A stretch of 64,000 nt of DNA, taken from positions 34,011 to 98,010 of the forward strand of contig JAQGDQ010000507.1 in NCBI GenBank assembly GCA_030141605.1. Direction: 5' to 3'. Below, piece by piece: positions 52,601-62,357 of this stretch (the first letter of the stretch is position 1; each line of letters opens with the position of its first letter). The position numbers and the translations under genes were made by a program. The DNA comes from Tubiluchus corallicola (lineage: Eukaryota > Animalia > Priapulida). The notes under the pieces are model-generated. The model was given only the letters and a program-made list of their open reading frames with translations, made no database searches and was not told where the DNA came from.

Positions 52601-55600
52601 CCGAGTGTGCCTACATCCGACTGTGCCTACATCTGAGTGTGCATACATGGGTGTGTTGGGTTGGTTGTGTGTTGGTGTTTTCCGAGTGTGCGTACATCAG
52701 ACTGTGCCTACATCGGACTGTGCCTACATCCGAGTGTGCCTACATCTGAGTGTGGCTACATCCGACTGTGCATACATCAGAGTGTGTCTACATCCAACTG
52801 TGCCTACATCCGACTGGGCCTACATCCGAGTGTGCCTACATCCGAGTGTGGCTACATCCGAGTATGCCTACATCCGAGTGTGCCTACATCCAACTGTGCC
52901 TACATCCCACTGTGCCTACATCCGAGTGTGCATACATCCGAGTGTGCATACATCGGACTGTGCATACATCCGAGTGTGCATACATCGGACTGTGCATACA
53001 TCCGAGTGTGCGTACATCAGACTGTGCCTACATCGGACAGTGCCTACATCCGAGTGTGCCTACATATGAGTATGCTTGTATTCGAGTGTGCTTTTCAGAC
53101 TCATCTTGGAGGGCTTTTCTCGATAACTAGCTAATCTTGTCACAAACATCTCCTTAAATAGGCCCTCCCTTTGGGCAGTGTGCAATATGTCAAAATACAT
53201 CAGTGAAACGAATTGTTGCTAGACAGGTCGCTAACCAAGGACTTACTACTTACTGTATTGGCATTTTTGAGTTGAACTGGAGTTTTTTAACTCTTGCAGA
53301 TAGACCAAAGTCAAATGCAGTAGTGTAATGTTCACTAATGACAGACAGTAATGTGTTTTCCTGGATAAATAGAGAAAAGATCTTACATACTTGAAACATT
53401 TAAATTAAGAAGTTAATTTATTGAATTAGCATAATTGTTGTACTTCTATTTATTTTTTTAATTCATACAATTTTCTTTGGTTTTACTTTTCAAATGCAGG
53501 TTTAAAAGTTCACCAATTTGCAGGTTATAGCATTGTTTAAACAAGGAGGAAAATCATTGTCTGCACTGCCATTGTTGATGGCGCTTCCATTCACCACCAC
53601 TGCCATTACGATAGCTATCTTTGTGGGATTTGGATATCTTATGATGTTTGCTTTCACAGCAGGTAAAAAATGCATGGTCTAATATTGCCTGTCATGTATC
53701 TAGAAAAATTAATATCATTGCTGCAATGTATAACGTCAGGCACTTGATTAAAACCGAAGTGCTCCCAGTACGTGCACGAGAAGTTCTTGACAGGTTTCTT
53801 ATGTTCGTCTTGTTCTCGTGAAATTTAACATCATTTGATTTTGCCGTATGATTTAAAGGACAAGGAAATTAATGATTCACTTGTTTTTGTGTCACGCAAA
53901 AAATAAGGTTAATGTTCAGTGAGTGCTATAATACCATTAGCTCCTTCAGGGCCATAAGCATTTGCTGCATTTTGCACGGATTCATGAAGAACTGCTCTCA
54001 CTAAGCAGTGATTGCATTATATTTAATAATTTTTGTAGGTTTCTACTCCTCCCTCAATGGATTTTCATGCAAAATTATATATGAAAAGCATTTGCTTAGC
54101 TTAGACAAATTAAATACCAATTTATGGCAAATAAATTTAAAAAAGCGGTTCAATAACTACATTGTTTGTGCTATAACAATGTATATTATCACTTGTGTGA
54201 AATCTGTTAATGCAGAAAATTTCATCTCTCCAGACACAACACTCTGATAAACTTTGGCCTCAAGTCTACTCTATCTTTAAGGAAAAGTTCCTGTTAAAAG
54301 ATGCAATGACCTTAATTTCTCCTAGGCTGATTGATTAGTTTTTCCTGGAACTCTGTACAGCAGATAGCTCTCTTGGGCTATAGCAAACAGGCGATCAGTA
54401 AAATAGTGCATACGATCACACAAGTGTACACCAGACTAAACTACGCAATAGGCTAGATTGGAGTGCCTGAAAAGGGCATGTTTTTCTTAGTTTTATACAA
54501 TTAAATCACTTATAAATGCTTAAATTGATAGCATGATTGGATAGCCGATATTCTCGTGAACAGAACAGTACCTAGTTTGTAATCATTTAATTATGTCTGT
54601 GCTCAGATGGTAGCACAAAAGTCATAGGTCTTATAAAACTTATTTTGAATGGTGATTTGAAGGAATTAAGCAATGCTTTATATATTCTGGCTTTTCTGTA
54701 AAGTTGCATAAAAAGACAACTAGCATTAACGTTACAATCGAGGACTACAGATTAGACAATACCTAGTTCAATACTGCGCTTGGCCAGCTTTTTAAGGCGG
54801 AGCCAGGGAAAAACATGTACAATAAGAGCACTGCTTTGTGGTGCTTACTGAGGCCAAGTTAAAAAAACTAAATTTAAAGATGGCCAGGGGTACCACAATC
54901 ACTCAAAGTAGCCTTTCTAAGCTGTATGATATTGCATCATCATTTTGTCATGTATGCATTCTTTTAATACGTAATACATGTACAGTCAGCCTCGGGTAAA
55001 AGGGACACTTGATTAGAAGGGGCCCCCAACACCGGTCTCGATTTCTCATAATGTTTTTCCTATGTAAAAATCTTCGTATATAAGGTACTCGGATATAAGG
55101 GACTTTCAGTTATAAGGGTCGATATCTTCACGTCCCGCGTAATAGAAAGCCAGGTAAATTACCTATGATCCCTACGATCAAAGCGAAATTGATCGATTTT
55201 TAACCTCAATTTTTCGCAAACTCGGCCTTCAAACAGCTTGGTTTCCGTGGTAACATACATCTCACATCACTGAAGGAGCTTCCTACATACCGTTTGCACT
55301 GAATGTGCAGCAATAATCCATAAAAATATGGGTAAAGCGCAGAAAAGTACAGGTCTACATACACCCTCGGTCTGACTCAACTTCGGCTATAAGGGACATT
55401 GGATATAAGGGACGTTTTTTTTCGGTCCGGATGTGTCCCTTATATCCGAGGTTGACTGTATTATAAATTGCAAAAAGCTACGGTAAAAACTCTTCGTACT
55501 CAAATGCAACCTGTTCCATGTTTAGATGACCCCATCGTTCATGATGATGGCATCGTTACTTGGCAAACCAATACGGCTGTAAGGTATTTGCGCTGGTACT

Positions 55601-58600
55601 TGCTGTTTGTGTTTTTATGGTGTTTACAGTTTGTTCAGGCGTGTCAGTGTATCATCATCGCTGGCTCGGTGGCTATCTGGTTCTTCACAAAGTACGCATA
55701 AATGTAATTATGTAACTTTTTTGCTTTATTATTCATTAAAAGTTAGTTTGCCATGTGCTAATCAATTATTTGTGCGATCAAATATACACTATGGCCAGTA
55801 CTGTGGCCTGGTACTGTGTGGGCTTTGCCTCGCTAAGGACCCGATGTAGTTTACTAATTAATTCTCTTTACCACAGACAGGTGGCTCTGACACCTTGCAT
55901 ACTGACTAGTAACAAAATCCAGGCTTGTTTTAACCATATGTAACGTAGCTTAATTAGTTAAAGCTAGTGTTTCCTTACTCTGATGGATTGCTCTGACTTA
56001 TTGCGTAGCCTACTGACTAGTATATGATCAAGACATACTGTAGCCAATTGGGTGGATAGCTCAATTGGTTAGAGCATGTGATCTGATACCACAAGTTTCT
56101 GTGTTCAAATCCCGGTTGACTGTAAATTTAATTTTGACGGTAAATTTAACTGTTGATTAAGGTATATTGAATCTTTGCTGCATAAGATGAGGCGAGTCAA
56201 TTTGTTTACTGATTGTTTGTTTAACATTTTACTTTCACAAATAGAATGCTGAACGTTTTTTAAGAATAACATTTCATGTTGTTTGGAATGGTAAAAATAT
56301 TGGACTTTTGTTTTCTAGCATCAAATTATCAGGAATTTATTGAATTTTATATTCGTGAAGGTATCAACTTTTCTGGCTAGAAATTAGTACTGCAATTGTA
56401 AAAAGTTTGTAACTTCAAAGCTCATGGAAGCAATCATTTTGCTTCGTATGTTTTATGTTGCCAAGCCCAGATCTTCGTCTGGAAGAGCCATCTCCTGGAT
56501 TTAAACATGACTTCAATGTGTTCTTGCAAAGTCCATAGCAACCAAAACTTCTGTGGTTGCTAAGTGTTTTGTAGTAACGAGACAAAAACAATGCTGACTT
56601 TAACACGATTTTCTCAAGATTATGTTTTTCAGTGCATAGCCTGCACCTCAACTTCAATGTAGATTATCTCAGCTTAGAAATAACATAGAATGATGAGCTT
56701 GGAATCAAAATGATCCTCATGAAATGGAGATTCAGGATATCTGAATAACTTGAAAAGTTTAATTGCCTACTTATGCACGATTTTGCTATGCAAGCACTCA
56801 TATTATAAGAAGGTTATATGTTTGTGCAATAATATATAGGTTATGAATCTGTTTTTAGTTATATATATATAACTATTATATATAGAGATATATATTATAA
56901 TGGTGAGCATTTAAAAAATCTTTCCTTCATTTTTTGAAATTTATTAAAAATTAATTACAATTACAATAGAACAATGTAACAATTTGATGGCTGAGTCAAT
57001 GATTTACAAGAATTTTACTGGCTTCATAAGTTTATTGCATGGTTTTTAATTTATGCTCATATACCACTAGTTTTGTACTTATATTATTACACAACAATTT
57101 TGTACCTCTGAGAGGGTAGGAAAGAAGGTAACAGAAGAAAAAAGCTAAAATTAAAACTTTAGTTATAAACTCAACAAGTTCTTATCTGCTGAGTAAGAAT
57201 TTACCACAAGATGAACACCGTTGTTTAATTATCTGCAAAGAAAATTGAAAATCAATTTAATAGTGGAGTTATGAACCACCTTGTATTTATAAATTTAATA
57301 CTACAATAACTACATCAAAATGGAATTTATTACCGAACGGTTTCGAACAAAGCTGTTCATTATCAAGGCATCTAAAACAAAGAAATTTGCCAGAATTTAG
57401 AAACAACTTTTAGAAATATAATTCGGTAGTTAGATAGCTAAAAGATATATGATATAACATTATATAGATATTGTAAGGGTTATGTATAAGAGTGTGGGGA
57501 GGGTTTATAAAGACTTAAAATAATGTATAACTACTAAAATAAGTTTAGCGTCCCTACTTTACGGAAATTCACTTATCGCGGGTGGGCCTGGAACGGAACG
57601 CCAGCGATAAGCGAGGGAACACTTGTACTACATATTTTGATTGGTACAAAACTATGTAACTCTCTACAAAAAAACAAACCAATATGTTAGTAGTAACGGA
57701 ACCTTTAATATTTGGGTTCCGCCATTTTGTTACAGAGTTCCACAAACCACAGTGCACTGTTGGTGTTGTAGAAACTCAAGTGCACATCAGCAGTAATCAG
57801 GACGGTAAATTTAATCGGCAATGAATTCCATTTTGATGTAGTTACATTTATTTGCCAAATATGGATAATTCAATTCTACTACAATTACTGCTTTGATATG
57901 TTATAGAAATAAGAAGCGTCTTGGTTGCCCTGTTCCAAAGGCCCTCTGGAGACTAGTGAGATATCATCTAGGATCAGCTGCATTGGGATCTCTCACCATT
58001 GCTGTCATACAGTTACTGAGAGTCGTTGTGGCATACATCAGTCGAATTAAAATGTACTGTTTGTGTCCATTTGTTTATTTATCTTTTGCCATAGCTTTTT
58101 TGCAGTTTAAAAGTGCAAGAAAACCCTCCACTTACATAAAACTTAAAAAATTCGTCTTGAAATTTTATACCACTTACATACTAACTTTTTGCATGCAGGG
58201 CCTGCGTCGGCAGTAACGCTACATAAAACTTGTAAATTTAAACTCCCGCATAATCGTTAGGCACAGCCGTTTTGACTATAAGTCATTTGAAACAAATTCA
58301 GATACCACTGAGTAAAGTTTGAAAAAATAATCAGAGCATTCGTAATGTACACGTCACTAAGAAAGTAAAATTTTAAATTACTGTATCTTGTCAATAAGGT
58401 TAAAAATACGTTTTTGATTAGTGAGTGGCGCTCCCTAGAGAGTGAGTCAGCGACATTTTATCAATTGGCACGAACATTTTAAATTATTATCTCTAGTTAC
58501 GTATAATTCTTTCCAGCAGGTAAGTAAAATGGTATGTAGAAAAATTTTTGGGACATAATTCAACATTCCATTTTCTTCCCGTGATTTACAACAGTATTGC

Positions 58601-61600
58601 AGGAGATTTGCAATAAAAACGAACAAAAATTCCCTTTAATGAAAGTACGATATACGATAAAAGTGGTGAAAAGTAATGCAATCTTTTATGGCGATTTTTC
58701 TGAAACCTACTTCAATTACCCCTCTTCTTATCCTTTAAGTAACTTATTTTTTACAATAGTTGTTTTTAACTTTATTCCTACTAAATTGCTTCAGTCCACT
58801 AAGAATTTATTAAATTATATAATACCTATATAATTTTTCACTTCATTTCACCTATATTTTTATTAAACTTCGTAATTTTGAGGCAGACTGGTCTGCCTCC
58901 GTGTGCAGGCTCTGTGCAACAATTTGCATCAGACAAAACCAGATCAGACCACTAAAAATCAAAATTGAAACATGTTAGGCTACTAAAACGTTTATGGTGA
59001 TTATGATAAAAAATTGCCTTGTGTACGCCGCGTCGGATACTTTATGTCATACAGTTTGCTACAGACAGATGTTTTGCTGTGTGTGACTGGTGTGAAGTAA
59101 CAGATATCATTTTGGGGCCTGCAGAGCAGCATTATCTTCTAAGTCAACTAAGTTCACAAATGTTTGTGTAACTGGGCTTTCCTGCACAGGTATAGATCTT
59201 TACAGAGGTACTTGGGTAGATCTTTACAGAACCTCCAAACAAACACCTGCTGTTGTACTCGTAAAAACTGTAATAATAAAAATTCAGATGTTACAAGTTT
59301 TACATAAATTTTCTTAAGTAATTTCAGTAGAAAGATTAGAAAAACAATAATCAAAAAGGCTAAGTAATAATACAGGTAAGAATAGTTGTTTAACCTCTTT
59401 TACGGAGATTTTTTTTGCCCGACCACCAGCGTGTCTGCCATTTCTAACGATACCCTCAATATCGCGCAATTTCTGCCTTCACGCAACTTTAAGGTTTATA
59501 TGTAATGAAGCGGCCATGACACGCATTCACAACCGTCTGTTGACAATGAAAAAGTGTAAGAGCACTATGGCTTCAGTTGTGCCAACAGTCCCCTCTGTCA
59601 TTTGCTTACATCCTACTTGTGACGTGGGAATTACTACTTAAGTGTTAGCCTCCGCCCAATCTGTAAGCCAGCTGTAAAGTTACCATCTTAAGCTGATGAG
59701 TCTGTTACTATGAAACTTCTTTACTGTTTTTAAGAAAATAGTTTATTTTGCTTAAATCTGTGCAGTTTTGTTGTTTCCTGTTAGTGACTTTACAAGAGTA
59801 TGAAAACTAAAGTTAGATGACCATGACTCATGTTTAGCTAACGAAGATGTGTACAACTGCCTGAAGCTAACATTTGTAATTTAACAACTAATTTACCAAT
59901 GTTTCAGGGTTGAAGATCAAGACAATAAGGCCGTTATATACATCAAGAAATGTGTGGGCTGTTGTCTGTGGTTTTTTGAGAAAGTTTTGAAATTTGTCAA
60001 CCGCAATGCTTATATTGAAATTGGTAAGAGAAGATATCCACTCTTGTTTTTAATAGAAAGTAGTTGTCCCCTTATCTTTATTTGGAAGTGGTGCTGACAA
60101 ACCACTGATGTGGCAGTGTCTAGTTTTTTCTCGGATTGACTGCTGTGTTTACCTATCCTGCCTTGAGGGCTATTTCTTCTATTTTAGAATTCTGCTTACC
60201 AATTGTCTTGCAAAAATGTATTGTGACGATGAAACACCATTTGTTTTCAACCCCCACCGCCACATTGCGATAGTTCAATCCATTACGAAGCCATAGAATA
60301 TCAGCATTGCATAACAGCTATAAGTAACTGGAATGGAATGGAATGGCCTCCGTCAGCTCAAGTTGCTGACTCACGGGTGCGATTAACATCTCTGCACCTG
60401 TTCCATAGAACTAGCACACTGGATTCTGCCGAGTTTATTTTACAAAAATGCTCTGTGTTCTTTCATTTCTCTGATGTTCTAATATAACATGATGTGAACA
60501 GTGACATCACTACCATCTGCTAAGCATTACGCTATTTTTCTTACTGAAAAGACTCCTCGTGTTGTGCAGAATTTCTGTGGAACCAGCTTTTGAAAAATTG
60601 TACAAAAATTTGTGCACACATTGATGGTAAAATCAATTTTCCACTGGAAAGTAACGAGTTAGAAAAACTGGCAAGGATGTCCAGATTACTGTGTTTTTTA
60701 AACTGGGTTGGATTTGCATGTAAATCGCTGAGATGGCCCTCTGTCCCACGTCCTGAATTTTCATCAAAATGTCTAAAAACCGATGAATTTTTGGTTGACT
60801 TTTTTTCTAAATGCATAGATTGAAACAAAAGCCGTACAGCTATTACATTTGGTATGATGACTCACATATATAAACTGGAATTTATAAAATAATTAAGTGA
60901 GCAAATAACTACCTGATGTTAATTAAGTGAGCAAATGACTACCGAATGTTAATTAGGTGAGCAAATGACTGCCTAATGTTAATTAAGTGAGCAAATGACT
61001 ACCTAATGGAAATTAAGTGAGCAAATGACTTCCTAGTATTAATTAAGTGAGCAAATGACTACCTAATGTTAATTAGCTGAGGAAATGACTACCTAATGTT
61101 AATCAAATGAGCAAATGACTACCTAATGTTAATCAAATGAGCAAATAACTACTATTGTTAATTAAGTGAGCAAATAACTACTAATGTTAATTAAGTGAGC
61201 AAATGACTACCTGATGTTAATTAAGTGAGCAAATGACTACCTAATGTTAATTAAGTGAGCAAGTGACTGCTTAATGTTAGTTAAGTGAGCAAATGACTAC
61301 ATAATGTTAATTAAGTGAACAAATTCAAGAAGTTGTGATTTAAAGGAAAGCCGGACATCATCTTAAACTGTAGCTAAAAACAATCTACCCTGTAAAATAT
61401 TGGAATAAACTGTTTTTTCAAAAATGACACATGTAAAGGAATTATTACCACAGAATGGTAATGTTCGTGCAGCTATAGCGCTTAGCCATTACATGCAATT
61501 TGGTATTCGTTAGAATGGCACTAGTACATGCATCTCAGAAACACATTACACAAAAAAACAGATGCTTTATATCTCAGTTCAAAGGCACTGAGTTGTGATG

Positions 61601-62323
61601 TAGTGCGCAAATTTAAAAGCTTCATAGTGATAAACTTGAAATTTGAATTTTAAACTGCTTTGCCAAGTTTATTGTATATCACACAGCTGTTGTCAGTCGC
61701 ACTGTACTCCATTTTTTGCTTTTGCAACCGTGTGCAACATGCACGGATTGTTTGTGCTGCTGAAAATTATGTTCAGTTGTGGTGTCATCACTAGCTTGGC
61801 TTACCCACCGTTAAATAAGTTTTAATCTATTATTTAGTTATCAGAAACTGTTTGGCATCATTATACATCTTGAATTGTATACTTTTTGTGCACTTCGAAA
61901 TAGCGTAGGTTGTGAAAAATGATCCTGATTTTCCTGTAGAGTTTTGCTAATTAGTTTGCTCTTATAGTTGCCATTTAACTTAACTATCGTTTCAGCTATC
62001 TACGGCATGGGATTTTGGAAATCAGCCAAGAAAGCGTTTTTCATTATTGTAGACAATGCGATGAGGGTGGCAGCGATTAACTCTGTGGGAACGCTAGTAC
62101 TTCTTCTTGGAACACTAAGCTGTGTAGCTGTGACTGGGATTATTGGATACTTACTTATTGACGTATGGGACTATTATGTTCAGTGTTTTTTAAAATTACT
62201 GCAAAATACTATAAGTTGTTTTAGAAGTCCCACACTAATTTGATTTTGAATTTTCTGTGGAGATAATAATAAGAATAAATAATAATAATAATAATTGTAA
62301 TAATAATAGTAATAATAATAGTA

Positions 62324-62357
<34 letters not shown>

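Noticed and set aside
49853-53134. Many Cys/His-rich ORFs
   Set aside because: Translations of a 16-bp intronic repeat with frequent indels
60541-60828. 95-aa minus-strand ORF in intron 12
   Set aside because: No recognisable homology or clear splice/start signals
7490-61323. Bias of repeat units toward multiples of three
   Set aside because: 6 of 12 units are 3n versus about 4 expected; not persuasive
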